Shown: positions 22,478 to 32,000 of the stretch, one piece after another
Position numbering within the stretch: position 1 is the stretch's first letter
Layout of the letters: each line of letters opens with the position of its first letter
Assembly (NCBI RefSeq): GCF_963967315.1
Contig: NZ_OZ017288.1
Span: forward strand, 210,001 to 242,000
DNA: 32,000 bases
Direction of reading: 5' to 3'
Origin: Candidatus Minimicrobia sp. QA0096
GTDB lineage: Bacteria > Patescibacteriota > Saccharimonadia > Saccharimonadales > Saccharimonadaceae
Made by a program: the position numbers and the translations under genes
The notes under the pieces: generated by a model
Seen by the model: the letters and a program-made list of their open reading frames with translations, nothing else
What the model was told of the DNA's origin: nothing
Database searches by the model: none

Positions 22478-24064
22478 ATGAAAACTTGGCAAGATGTCGC
22501 CTCTCTTTATCAAATTTATCCGCGCAGTTTTCTGGATACGAATGGCGATGGAATTGGCGATTTGAACGGCATTACCGAGAAGCTGGATTATTTATCATGG
22601 CTGGGTATCGATTCGATTTGGATCTCCCCATTCTTCGTATCGCCGCTGACCGACTTTGGCTATGATATCGCAAATTATCGAGCTATTGATCCGACTTTTG
22701 GTCAAATGGAAGATTTCCAAGCGTTACTTAAAAAGGCTCACGACCTCGACATTAAAGTTATGATCGACCTCGTTCCCTGTCACACTTCAGACCAACATCC
22801 GTGGTTTCAAGAATCTAGATCTTCACGCGACAATCCCAAGCGAGATTACTATATTTGGCGCGACGGAAAAGATAATGGCGAGCCTAACAATTGGCGAAGT
22901 TTGTCTGGCGGCAGTTCGTGGGAATTTGACGAGCACACTGGGCAATTTTACCTGCATTCGTTCCTAAAAACACAGCCAGATCTGAATTGGGATAATCCTG
23001 AAGTGCGTGCTGAAATGAAAAACATAGTGCGATTTTGGTTTAATATGGGCGTTGATGGAATGCGCGTCGATGCAATTTGGGGAATTTCCAAAGATCCCGA
23101 CTTTAAAGACGATTCTCCAAATCCTGATTTTTATGGCAATCCAGACGATTACGGAGCATTTATCCACGACCACTGTAAAATGGGGCCGCATTTTCAGGAA
23201 TATTTGCGAGAATTAGCGTCAGTCTGCGATGAATATAACGACAAGCAAATGGTGTTTGAATTTTATCCCGACGATAAGCTAGGTGATATTTATCATCAAT
23301 ACAGCCAAATCCTGACAGTTCACCCAAAAGCCTCGGCGTTTTTTATGGAATATCGCGACAACGAATGGCACGCTAAAAATATTGAGAAAAAAATCGAAAA
23401 TTACTTGCAATCAGCGAGCTCAACCACGCCATTTTTCTGCATCGGAAATCACGATCAGCCGCGAGTCGCCTCCAGATTGGGCGAAGAACGCGCCCGCGCC
23501 CTCAGCTTCTTAAATCTCCTCACTCCAGGAATTAGCGTAGTATATTACGGCGACGAAATTGGCATGACGAACGGAGAATTGACCGCTGATGACATTCAAG
23601 ATAATTTTAGCCCCGCCAATTCTGTTGTTGATAGCCGAGACTTAGAACGCACGCCAATGCAATGGAATGATTCGCAATTTGCAGGCTTTTCAAGCGCAAA
23701 ACCTTGGCTTCCTGTTAATGATAATCGCACAAGAGTCAACGTTGATAGCGAAAAAATCGTAAACGATTCCCTGCTTAACATGCACCGAAAGCTGCTAAAA
23801 TTACGCCAAACTCTCCCGATTCTTAAAAATGGCGATTTGAGTATTGTAGAAAACACTGGAAACGGCTTTATTCTTGGATTAAAAAGAGAGCTAGCCGGTC
23901 AACGTGCCTACGTTTTCATCAATTTCGCAGACGAGAAACAAAGCTTCTCCATTCCAGAAAACGCAAAGATTATAACCTCGACTCACTCTGTCAATTTAAT
24001 TACCGCAGAAAATCTCCAAATGACAATCCCAGGATATTGCGGAGTTTTGCTTATTGTCCAATAA
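22478..24064 (+). CDS. GH13 alpha-glucosidase / oligo-1,6-glucosidase-like enzyme
   Basis: YQIYPRSFLDTNGDGIGDLNGI, GVDGMRVDAIW (nucleophile Asp), FEFY (acid/base Glu) and GNHDQPRV. Exact specificity is not determinable. Confidence 0.88.
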   Translation: MKTWQDVASLYQIYPRSFLDTNGDGIGDLNGITEKLDYLSWLGIDSIWISPFFVSPLTDFGYDIANYRAIDPTFGQMEDFQALLKKAHDLDIKVMIDLVPCHTSDQHPWFQESRSSRDNPKRDYYIWRDGKDNGEPNNWRSLSGGSSWEFDEHTGQFYLHSFLKTQPDLNWDNPEVRAEMKNIVRFWFNMGVDGMRVDAIWGISKDPDFKDDSPNPDFYGNPDDYGAFIHDHCKMGPHFQEYLRELASVCDEYNDKQMVFEFYPDDKLGDIYHQYSQILTVHPKASAFFMEYRDNEWHAKNIEKKIENYLQSASSTTPFFCIGNHDQPRVASRLGEERARALSFLNLLTPGISVVYYGDEIGMTNGELTADDIQDNFSPANSVVDSRDLERTPMQWNDSQFAGFSSAKPWLPVNDNRTRVNVDSEKIVNDSLLNMHRKLLKLRQTLPILKNGDLSIVENTGNGFILGLKRELAGQRAYVFINFADEKQSFSIPENAKIITSTHSVNLITAENLQMTIPGYCGVLLIVQ

Positions 24065-24077
24065 TAAAAACGCTCGG

Positions 24078-24392
24078 TTAGAATAATGTTCCTGTTTCTA
24101 GATCACATTCTTCCATAGGATAAACGCCCGCACATCGAGCCGCCAGATCTGCCATTTTCTTTTTAGTTCTCTCATCGTCGGCAGCCTCGGTGAGGGCTTC
24201 CAGGTCTAGATAGTAATCATCAAGAACATCTGGATAGCTGTTTTGGCTAGATTCTGTCGTATCGTTTTCTAACTCCTCGTTATCAACCTTGCTGACTTCC
24301 CCATAAGTGCCGAAGCCACCTAGCTTATCGTTCAATATTACTCGTTGCGAATTTGTGTTTGTTCCACTTGGCAAATAATCAATACACGGCAT
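24078..24392 (-). CDS. Small acidic hypothetical protein (104 aa)
   Basis: An ORF in an otherwise unoccupied interval, with GAGGAGGAATG-like purine-rich sequence upstream. No motif recognised. Confidence 0.4.
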   Translation of the reverse strand: MPCIDYLPSGTNTNSQRVILNDKLGGFGTYGEVSKVDNEELENDTTESSQNSYPDVLDDYYLDLEALTEAADDERTKKKMADLAARCAGVYPMEECDLETGTLF

Positions 24393-24521
24393 TTCTCTAC
24401 ATTCCTCCTCTTTTCACTTTATCTATAAATTATTATACACCGCCACCAGATGTAGTGGTAGAGTTAACTTCACAACACTATCAAACAACAACGTTTTTCA
24501 TCCTGTCCAGTTAATTCACCT

Positions 24522-25154
24522 TTAATTATAAGCAGTCAGAATCAAATCACCGTCGACATACTCGCCTAAAAATACATCTCCATAAGATTCTAAGCCTTGT
24601 TTTTTAAGCTGACCAAGCAACCACTTTTCGTCTTTTCCGATTACGTCCAAAATATCAGCCTGCAATTGACCGTCCGTTATTAACGGGAATTTCGGATTTT
24701 CCTCGTCTTTGTGCGAAATAATAAGCTCGCCATCCTGTTCAACAACAGCCCTTTTCACGTCTTTCGTCGAGTAAATATTATGGGTTCGAAGCTTGAAAGA
24801 CACATCATGAGCGCTCAAGCCGACCCTCTCGCAGTTTCCGATATCTATCTTCCCATTGTCTATAATTATCAAAGCCTTACCGTCAATCAGCTGTTTAGCC
24901 TTAACGCTATGTTTCTTTATCCACTTCAGTGTTAACACTAGCACACACCATATGCACAAAATCCCAACATAGTCCAAAATCTTAATATCATTGTTATAAA
25001 TAACGCCACCAATAATACCACCAAGTACGTAATTCTGAACTTGATCACTGGCGGAAGATGGCGCCAAATTACCTTTTCCTGTAACGTTAATTATTATCGT
25101 CAGGGCAAAAAATCCGATCAATAATTTTATTGCTACTAAAATAAATTCATTCAT
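24522..25154 (-). CDS. DUF421 (YetF-like) membrane protein
   Basis: Three N-terminal TM helices (LLIGFFALTIIINVTGKGNLAPSSASDQVQNYVLGGIIGGVIY) and a soluble C-terminal domain, as in the DUF421 family. Confidence 0.7.
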   Translation of the reverse strand: MNEFILVAIKLLIGFFALTIIINVTGKGNLAPSSASDQVQNYVLGGIIGGVIYNNDIKILDYVGILCIWCVLVLTLKWIKKHSVKAKQLIDGKALIIIDNGKIDIGNCERVGLSAHDVSFKLRTHNIYSTKDVKRAVVEQDGELIISHKDEENPKFPLITDGQLQADILDVIGKDEKWLLGQLKKQGLESYGDVFLGEYVDGDLILTAYN

Positions 25155-25213
25155 AATTTACCTACTTTTTTCTATTAAAAACGCTCTGATATTTATCAGA
25201 ACGCTCATCAGAC

Positions 25214-25774
25214 TTATTTCAATCGTAGGAACTTGGTGAGGTGCGCCTCCCCATAACTACGACTGTCCACCACAACAGTTTTGTCTTGAACCGGCACCTC
25301 ACCTATTCCTGGATGTGATAATATCATAGTTCCACCCGGTTTGAGTAGTCTCATTAGCTTAGAAACTGTGGAAAACTGTGGATTATGGTATGGCGGATCG
25401 GCAAAAATAATATCGAACTCCCCTGTTGAACTCGCACTTTCCAGCCAATTTATTATTGTTGTTTTTATTACAATAGATTTTTCTTCGACACCCAAAATGC
25501 TTATATTTTCAGCAATTACTCGCCGAGCGACTCGATCTCGCTCCACGAAAACCGCCGATTCTGCGCCGCGACTTAATGCCTCTAGTCCAACAGCACCAGA
25601 CCCCGCAAAAGCATCCAAAACCCGCGCGCCGCGTATCGATTCGCCTAAAGAATTGAACATAGCTGAACGCACTCGCTCGCCCATAGGATGTGTCGTTGAG
25701 CCGGGCGGAGTTTTTATGAATCGTCCGCCAAATTCGCCAGAAATAATCCTAACTCTCACTTTTTTCTGCCTCAA
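25214..25774 (-). CDS. rsmD: 16S rRNA (guanine966-N2)-methyltransferase
   Basis: RIISGEFGGRFIKTPPGSTTHPMGERVRSAMFNSL, LDAFAGSGAVGLEALSRGA and FADPPY. Confidence 0.85.
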   Translation of the reverse strand: MRQKKVRVRIISGEFGGRFIKTPPGSTTHPMGERVRSAMFNSLGESIRGARVLDAFAGSGAVGLEALSRGAESAVFVERDRVARRVIAENISILGVEEKSIVIKTTIINWLESASSTGEFDIIFADPPYHNPQFSTVSKLMRLLKPGGTMILSHPGIGEVPVQDKTVVVDSRSYGEAHLTKFLRLK

Positions 25775-26573
25775 GTTTCCAAATGGACGCCAGCCAACCC
25801 AGCATCACCGACTTTATAATAATCGGCATTAGTTCGTGATTTGTCTGCCAAGCAAGGTCTGTCGTCCAACCACTCTTGCTAAAATTGTCATACATTTTCA
25901 TCGATGCCACGGCGTGAACTTGGTCCAAATAATACTCACGATAGCCGTGATTTTTCACTTGCAATATCTCATCGTCACTCGGAATTGCGTCCTTAAAACG
26001 CGGATATGCCACCACGCTAGCTACGCCAGCCTCAAACGCCACGTGTGTCGTCATCATACCTTTGGCGCCCCAGAATTTCCAGTTGTTCTTAATCAGTTCA
26101 ATTCCGTTATCGCCCTTCATGAGATTTTTCTTCAAAATTGAAGTTCGCGTCTCCAACCCTTCACCGCCGCGAAGTTCCGCCATAGCTTGTTCCAGAGGAA
26201 AATGATGCGCTGGAGTCAAACCGTCAGTAATCGCGTGCGCCATCCAAGCCGCCTCAAACGCTGCTCGCTCGGAATTATTTGTTCGCAGTGCTTGGGCTAA
26301 ATTGCCAATATGTCCGTCAATCATCTCCAAAAGTGCAATGTCATTCGGATCGTCCGGATTTATAAAGTGCCAAGGCTCATCCACCGCTGGACTTTTTCGT
26401 TTAACACCATCAGGACCATTCTTGCCCTCAAAATGAAGAATGTTTTTAATGTCAGGAAAATCACACCAATCAGGAAGAATTGGTTCTATATTTTTTCTTG
26501 CGACTCGATCTATTTTTTGGTGGACGCCAATAAATCGACCAGAGCTATCCCTAATTGTTGTTCCTGCGTACAT
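25749..26573 (-). CDS. Hypothetical protein (274 aa; possibly a Zn-dependent phospholipase C / P1 nuclease-like fold)
   Basis: A long ORF within the tyrS-recG-rsmD operon. His/Asp-rich motifs (WHFINPDDP, AHAITDGLTPAHH) are suggestive only. Confidence 0.55.
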   Translation of the reverse strand: MYAGTTIRDSSGRFIGVHQKIDRVARKNIEPILPDWCDFPDIKNILHFEGKNGPDGVKRKSPAVDEPWHFINPDDPNDIALLEMIDGHIGNLAQALRTNNSERAAFEAAWMAHAITDGLTPAHHFPLEQAMAELRGGEGLETRTSILKKNLMKGDNGIELIKNNWKFWGAKGMMTTHVAFEAGVASVVAYPRFKDAIPSDDEILQVKNHGYREYYLDQVHAVASMKMYDNFSKSGWTTDLAWQTNHELMPIIIKSVMLGWLASIWKLEAEKSES

Positions 26574-26574
26574 A

Positions 26575-28617
26575 TTAATTTAAAACAGTTAATCGCTGAT
26601 AGCGACTGACGGCGTGCGCCAGATGATTATATTGTAGCAAATCTTGCCCCTCTTTGACAAAACGTTCGGCTTCGGTTTGAGCGCGAGAAATTAGCGCCGT
26701 ATCCGCCAGCGAGGCAATTTTCAAGTTCAAATCCCCGTGTTGCATTTTGCCGTAGATCTCACCGGGTCCACGCAATTTCAAATCAACCTCCGCCAAATAA
26801 AATCCGTCTTGCGATTTTTCAATCTCCCGAAGTCGTTGGCTCGGCTTATCGTGGCCGCTCATCATCAAATGACAAAAACTCTGATGTTTCCCGCGTCCAA
26901 CTCGACCGCGCAATTGATGCAATTGACTCAATCCAAAATTGTCCGCATTCTCAATCAACATCACCGTCGCATTCGGCACATTCACACCAACCTCAACCAC
27001 AGTCGTACTCACCAACATATCCAGCTCGCCGTCCGCAAATTTCTGCATCACTTCAGCTTTTTCTTCGACAGGAAGCTTTCCGTGCAACAGCCCAACTCGA
27101 CGATGGCTAAAAATAGTCTTAGATAGTTTATTATATTCCGCCTCCACCGATTTTTTATCGTTATCTGGATTATCGTCAATTAACGGACAAATAACGTAAG
27201 CTTGGCGACCTTTGGCTAGATCATTTTCAATCGATTCGTAAAGCTTCGGAGCTGACGCCGGCGACCAAATCTTTGTCTGAATCGGCTGGCGCCCAGACGG
27301 CAACTCGTCCAAAATGGAAATGTCCAATTCTCCGTACAACGTCAGCGCCAAGCTGCGCGGAATTGGCGTGGCTGTCATACTTAAAAGATGCGGCATAAAA
27401 TCAGACTTTTCCAATAAAGCTTGTCTTTGCTTCACGCCAAATCGATGCTGCTCGTCGATCACCGCAAACCCCAATTTATGATACGCAACCTTTTCCTGAA
27501 TTAACGCGTGTGTGCCGACCACAACATCAATGTTACCGCTAGCCAAATTGTCCAACAATTGACTGCGCGCCGCACCTTTCACGTGACCCGTCAGAAGCGC
27601 AACAGACACACCAAATGGCGACAATAACTCGTCAAGCGTTTTCGCGTGTTGCTGTGCCAAAATCTCCGTCGGCGCCATAATTGCCGTCTGAAAACCAGCC
27701 TTCGCCACTTCCGCAGCCACCAATCCAGCAACGACAGTTTTTCCCGAGCCAACATCTCCCTGCAACAACCGATTCATCGGATGATCAGACTCCAAATCTT
27801 GCAGAATTTGCCACGCGGCGCGACGCTGGGCATTTGTCAGTGGAAACGACAATTGGTCGACAAAACTTTTCACGACCGACTTATTAAACGGAATTTTCCA
27901 GCCTGTTAATCTGGTCTGCTCTTGCTTATTAAATTGTGCCGCCAATATCATTTCGAACAGCTCCTCAAACGCCAGGCGCTCACGACCACGGGAAATTTCC
28001 TCGTGAGTTTTTGGTGCGTGAAGAAATTTAACCGCCTCAGAGCGACTAACCAATTTTTGGCGCCGAATAATGTTTTCCGGCAAAGTCTCGGGCAAAAAAT
28101 CCATAATCGGACGAATATTTTTCATCAAATCCTGCACGGTTTTTGGGCGAATATTTTTAATCGACTTATAAACTGGCTGAATTCCAGAATTATTTTCTGC
28201 AGCAGTTTTAGCAACTTCTTTCGCCAGCTCGACGGACGGATTATTGATTTGATAGCGATTATATTGCATATCAAATTGGCCAGAAAAAATAAATTCCGCA
28301 TCAGATTTTAATTGCGTTTCGCGGTACGGCTGATTGAACCAAACCGCCTTAACTTTGCCTGATTTATCCGCCAAAACCGCGGTCGTGATTCTAAGTCCGC
28401 GCCGAACAATACGCGTCGAAACCGACTCGCAGCGCGCCTTAACAGTAACTTTTCCCGGCTGAAGATCTGCGATATTAACCGCAGTTGAATAGTCGTCATA
28501 TGCTCGCGGTAAGAAATTCAGGGCATCAGAAACCGTCGTAAGACCGGCCGCCGCTAGAGCTTGAGCAGTTTTCGGACCGACACCTTTAATTTGCTCGAGA
28601 GGAGTTGCTAGTTTCAT
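26575..28617 (-). CDS. recG: ATP-dependent DNA helicase RecG
   Basis: An N-terminal wedge/OB region followed by SF2 helicase motifs: LQGDVGSGKTVVA, DEQHRFG, SMTATPIPR and QLRGRVGRG. Confidence 0.93.
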   Translation of the reverse strand: MKLATPLEQIKGVGPKTAQALAAAGLTTVSDALNFLPRAYDDYSTAVNIADLQPGKVTVKARCESVSTRIVRRGLRITTAVLADKSGKVKAVWFNQPYRETQLKSDAEFIFSGQFDMQYNRYQINNPSVELAKEVAKTAAENNSGIQPVYKSIKNIRPKTVQDLMKNIRPIMDFLPETLPENIIRRQKLVSRSEAVKFLHAPKTHEEISRGRERLAFEELFEMILAAQFNKQEQTRLTGWKIPFNKSVVKSFVDQLSFPLTNAQRRAAWQILQDLESDHPMNRLLQGDVGSGKTVVAGLVAAEVAKAGFQTAIMAPTEILAQQHAKTLDELLSPFGVSVALLTGHVKGAARSQLLDNLASGNIDVVVGTHALIQEKVAYHKLGFAVIDEQHRFGVKQRQALLEKSDFMPHLLSMTATPIPRSLALTLYGELDISILDELPSGRQPIQTKIWSPASAPKLYESIENDLAKGRQAYVICPLIDDNPDNDKKSVEAEYNKLSKTIFSHRRVGLLHGKLPVEEKAEVMQKFADGELDMLVSTTVVEVGVNVPNATVMLIENADNFGLSQLHQLRGRVGRGKHQSFCHLMMSGHDKPSQRLREIEKSQDGFYLAEVDLKLRGPGEIYGKMQHGDLNLKIASLADTALISRAQTEAERFVKEGQDLLQYNHLAHAVSRYQRLTVLN

Positions 28618-29373
28618 CTACGAAACAGCGTTGATGCCTTCCAGAGCGTAGGCCGTATCTTCCCAGCCTCTCACGCCGATTGAATCTACGCCCATTTGCT
28701 TCACTGGAAAATCATTGCCACCTTCTTCAATTTTGTCGCCAAAGAACAGCGTTTCCTCTTTCGACCAGCCATTCAGTTCAAGCAACCTAACAATTCCATA
28801 AGCCTTATCAATTCCCGGAAGCGTGATGTCAGTACTGGTCGTACCACCAATTCGCACCTCAAGCCCAGGCAACTTTTCCGCCACCTTGTCGCGATATATC
28901 GGTCGAACATCCTTATATTTTTCAGCCCATGCATATTTATCTTCAGGTGTGGCTTGTTGACCCAAAGCCGACATAGTAATCTGGCTATGTCGATCTTCAA
29001 TTATTTCGCCCGCAGGATTTTCGCACCAAATACCCATTTCCTTCGCAACTTCTTCCAACGCCGCAGTTATCTGAGTTTTTTGTTCGTCAGACAAATCATT
29101 CGCATACTGAATTTTCCATTCATGATCGGCAGCGTCAAATCTATAATATCGAGTACCGCAAGTTGGCATCGCGTGGAACTTCTGAAGCAACTCTGGAGTA
29201 ACGTTCAGCCTGTCAATCACCTGCTTCTTTATCTGCTGAAACGTGCCGCCAGTAATCACGCAAACGTCATAATTCTCAAGTAATCGACTAAGAATTCCAG
29301 CCATACGATCGCTAATTGGCGATTTTGTAATTGCTAGCGTATCATCCAAATCAAAACCAATAATTTTTTTCAT
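28618..29373 (-). CDS. HAD-superfamily (IIB-type) hydrolase, phosphomannomutase-like
   Basis: Motif I FDLDDTL, VITGGT, and C-terminal GDK...GGND. Substrate is unknown. Confidence 0.7.
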   Translation of the reverse strand: MKKIIGFDLDDTLAITKSPISDRMAGILSRLLENYDVCVITGGTFQQIKKQVIDRLNVTPELLQKFHAMPTCGTRYYRFDAADHEWKIQYANDLSDEQKTQITAALEEVAKEMGIWCENPAGEIIEDRHSQITMSALGQQATPEDKYAWAEKYKDVRPIYRDKVAEKLPGLEVRIGGTTSTDITLPGIDKAYGIVRLLELNGWSKEETLFFGDKIEEGGNDFPVKQMGVDSIGVRGWEDTAYALEGINAVS

Positions 29374-30593
29374 TATTCATTCTCCCCCATAATTAATACA
29401 AATGTGTTTTTACCCTTCTTAAGTAGCGACGTGTCATTGACGACTTTGTTTTCGGCAAGTTTTTCGCCGTTTAGGCTAATGGCGCCAGATTTTAACAATC
29501 GCTTCGCTTCGCCGTTAGAGCTAACTGCGCCAGACTCTACCAACGCTTCAATCACATCAACTCCAGCATCAACGCAAGGAATTTCCTCAGCCAAAGCACC
29601 TAAATCATCGTCCGACAATCTCTTAAAATCGCCACCACCGAATAAAACTTCGTTCACACGCTCAACAGATTCACGACGCGCGCTACCGTGAACAATGTCA
29701 GTAACTTCACGAGCCAAAACCTTCTGCGCCGAACGAGCACCAGGATTGACGGCGTGGTTTTCAGCAATAGCCTCAATGGTATCACGATCCAACATCGTAA
29801 ATATCTTCATATATTCAATCGCGCTCTCGTCATCGACATTCAGCCAGAATTGATAGAATTTATAGACGCTAGTCTTATTATCATCAAGCCAAACCGCGCC
29901 ACCTTCAGATTTGCCAAATTTACGACCAGTCGACTTATTGATAAGCAGTGGCGCGGTCATTGCATAGACTTCAGTGTTTTCTTTTTTGCGAATCAGATCC
30001 ACGCCTGACAATAAATTACCCCATTGATCTGATCCACCAATTTGCAGATTCACGCCATATTGATTAAATAGATGCCAAAAATCATAGCCCTGAAGTAAAG
30101 TGTAAGTGAATTCCGCAAAGCTCAAACCTTTGCCGTTGTTAATGCGCGCCTTGAAAAATTCGCGGCTCACCAAATCTGCCATATTGAAATTCTTACCGAT
30201 ATCGCGAAGAAACGGCAACAATTCCAACTCAGCCAGCCAGTCAGCGTTATCAACCAAAGTAAAATCTCGTCCAGCAAAAATCCTCGAAACTTGGGATTTT
30301 AAGGCTTGTTTATTATGCTCAATTTCCTCGTACGAAAGCAAATTTCGCTCTTCCGTGTCGCGCATATCGCCAATCATTCCTGTGCCGCCGCCAACGAGCA
30401 AAAACACCTTATGTCCGCGCTCCAGAAAATGTCGAACCATCATATAAACAGCCAAATGCCCAACATGCAAGCTGTCCGCCGAAGGATCCGTCCCCAAATA
30501 GAGCGTGAAATTCTCCGAATCGATAAGTTTGTCGTCAGTAAATGTGGTCTGATTCCAGAATCCACGCCATTGTAATTCTTCTGATAATTTCAT
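29373..30593 (-). CDS. tyrS: Tyrosine--tRNA ligase
   Basis: A HIGH-type motif (SLHVGHL), KFGKS (KMSKS motif) and a C-terminal S4-like domain (SNGEAKRLLKSGAISLNG). Confidence 0.93.
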   Translation of the reverse strand: MKLSEELQWRGFWNQTTFTDDKLIDSENFTLYLGTDPSADSLHVGHLAVYMMVRHFLERGHKVFLLVGGGTGMIGDMRDTEERNLLSYEEIEHNKQALKSQVSRIFAGRDFTLVDNADWLAELELLPFLRDIGKNFNMADLVSREFFKARINNGKGLSFAEFTYTLLQGYDFWHLFNQYGVNLQIGGSDQWGNLLSGVDLIRKKENTEVYAMTAPLLINKSTGRKFGKSEGGAVWLDDNKTSVYKFYQFWLNVDDESAIEYMKIFTMLDRDTIEAIAENHAVNPGARSAQKVLAREVTDIVHGSARRESVERVNEVLFGGGDFKRLSDDDLGALAEEIPCVDAGVDVIEALVESGAVSSNGEAKRLLKSGAISLNGEKLAENKVVNDTSLLKKGKNTFVLIMGENE

Positions 30594-30666
30594 ATCACTC
30601 CTTTTCTATATATTAGTATATCAATTTTACAATTGAAGCGAAACATATGCGTGATATAATAGAATT

Positions 30667-32000
30667 GTGAAGAAAAAGACTACGATAAGCACCGCCGGAC
30701 ACGGCTCAAGCGATAAGAAATCTCCGTCGAAACGGATGAACTTATATGCCAATTTGGCGCAGAAACATAAGACTAAAAAAGACAAGGACGCGCGCGAACG
30801 AGCGGAATATTTGGCGACTTTGCCGAAACATCCCGTAAAGCGATTCTTTTATCGATTACATCCGAAGCGACTAGCGAAATATTGGTTCTCCAAGCGCGGC
30901 GGACTGATGGCTCTGAAAATTCTTGGCGTCGGTATTTTGTTGATGTTGCTACTTATCGGCGGAATGTTCGCTTACTTCCGTAAAGACCTCGATAAAATTC
31001 GCCCTGGCGAGCTTGCTAAGCGCGTTCAAACGACTGTCACTAAATATTACGACCGCAACGACAATTTGCTTTGGGAAGATAAAGGCACAGGTAATTATCA
31101 ATTGGTTGTCGAATCTGACCAGATTAGCGACTATTTGAAAAAAGCCACTGTCGCAATCGAGGACCGAAATTTCTACAATCACCACGGCATCAGTATTAGT
31201 GGTATGTTGCGCGCAATGCTCTCAACCGCTTCACGCCGCCAAGTTCAGGGTGGATCGACTCTGACACAGCAGCTAGTCAAGCAAGTCTTCTTCGCAGATG
31301 AGGCCGGCGACCGATCAATTAGCGGTATTCCTCGAAAGATCAAGGAAATCATCCTCGCAATCGAAGTTGAGCGCATGTATAGCAAAGACCAAATTCTGTC
31401 ATTATATCTGAATGAGTCTCCATACGGCGGTCGTCGCAACGGCGCAGAATCAGCCGCTCAGACGTACTTCGGCAAGCACGCCAAAGATCTGACGCTGGCG
31501 GAAGCGGCGCTAATTGCCGGTATTCCACAGAATCCAACTTACTATAATCCATACAACACCGCTGGAAATAAGGCTTTGATTGCCCGACAACATACAGTTC
31601 TGGATTACATGGCTGAGCAAGGCGTTATCACCAAGGATGAGGCTGAAAAAGCTAAAAAGATTGATATCTTAAGCACGCTTAAGCCACAGACCGAGCACTT
31701 GGAGAATATTAAGGCTCCTCACTTCCTATTGATGGTTCGCAATCAGTTGAGTAAAGAGCTTGGCGAATCAGTCGTTGGACGCGGTGGATTGACGATTAAA
31801 ACCACCCTCGACTGGCGAATTCAGGAGAAACTTGAAAATGAAATGAAATCGTTCTTTGCAACGGGTCGACCAGATTCTGTGCGAATTAGTAACGGCGCCG
31901 CAACAGTCGAAGACGTTCAGACTGGACAAATCGTAGCGCTTGTTGGTAGCCGTGACTTTAATTACACTGGCTTCGGTCAGGACAACGCCGCAGTTTCCTA
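30667..32000 (+). CDS. Class A penicillin-binding protein (GT51 transglycosylase domain), partial, running off the window
   Basis: This is not in the ORF track because no stop is reached. My translation gives EDRNFYNHHGIS, GGSTLTQQLVK and RKIKEIILAIEVERMYSKDQILSLYLNESPYGG after an N-terminal TM helix. The start is uncertain: GTG 30667 (directly after TGaTATAAT at 30652-30660) or ATG 30736. Confidence 0.85.
   Translation, partial: MKKKTTISTAGHGSSDKKSPSKRMNLYANLAQKHKTKKDKDARERAEYLATLPKHPVKRFFYRLHPKRLAKYWFSKRGGLMALKILGVGILLMLLLIGGMFAYFRKDLDKIRPGELAKRVQTTVTKYYDRNDNLLWEDKGTGNYQLVVESDQISDYLKKATVAIEDRNFYNHHGISISGMLRAMLSTASRRQVQGGSTLTQQLVKQVFFADEAGDRSISGIPRKIKEIILAIEVERMYSKDQILSLYLNESPYGGRRNGAESAAQTYFGKHAKDLTLAEAALIAGIPQNPTYYNPYNTAGNKALIARQHTVLDYMAEQGVITKDEAEKAKKIDILSTLKPQTEHLENIKAPHFLLMVRNQLSKELGESVVGRGGLTIKTTLDWRIQEKLENEMKSFFATGRPDSVRISNGAATVEDVQTGQIVALVGSRDFNYTGFGQDNAAVS

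Noticed and set aside
28696-29283. 195-aa plus-strand ORF inside the HAD hydrolase gene. Similar cases are 25341..25832(+) in rsmD, 26737..28311(+) ORFs in recG and 29404..30575(+) ORFs in tyrS.
   Set aside because: All lie antisense to genes with clear family motifs. None has a promoter or RBS, so I treat them as shadow ORFs.
1-32000. CRISPR arrays, rRNA genes, tmRNA, and intact integrase or transposase genes
   Set aside because: I found no regularly spaced direct repeats of 25-40 bp, no rRNA-like conserved blocks and no intact recombinase ORF. The only transposase signal is the IS30 relic.

Overview
Bacterial chromosomal window using the standard genetic code, with mid-40s % GC by eye and compact genes. 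tRNAs carry an encoded CCA and many promoters have an extended -10 (TGnTATAAT). The gene content suggests a reduced-genome Patescibacteria/Saccharibacteria-like organism, but that is inference only. The housekeeping backbone is hisS, a SpoU methyltransferase, a FAD-linked oxidase, typA, rarA, an SPFH protein, a CsoR-like repressor with DUF4396, a GH13 glucosidase, DUF421, rsmD, recG, a HAD hydrolase, tyrS, a partial class A PBP and seven intact tRNAs. Two integrase-less accessory islands sit at tRNA genes. Island 1 (about 5368-10345) lies between tRNA-Leu(UAG) and a 53-bp direct repeat of its 3' part. It carries a PD-(D/E)xK protein plus an AbiJ-like HEPN protein, a decayed KAP NTPase, an IS30 relic, an inverted degenerate tRNA-Leu copy and a coiled-coil two-TM protein. 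Island 2 (about 16996-21475) lies downstream of tRNA-Gly(GCC) between 48-bp direct repeats. It carries a CcrM/HinfI-like R-M pair, an HNH plus zinc-ribbon operon with a long GC-rich structured leader, and an XRE-Panacea antitoxin with an unknown toxin. The feature I cannot assign to any known class is a non-coding module present three times (2129-2344, 2688-2902, 11015-11225 on the minus strand). It combines the same extended -10 promoter with a roughly 180-nt leader whose hairpins show compensatory changes. Each copy drives an unrelated small ORF, and each ORF is closed by a 3' hairpin whose descending arm is complementary to a single-stranded leader segment, with covariation between copies. 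No CRISPR array or rRNA was seen. All protein calls are by family resemblance by eye; no searches were run.
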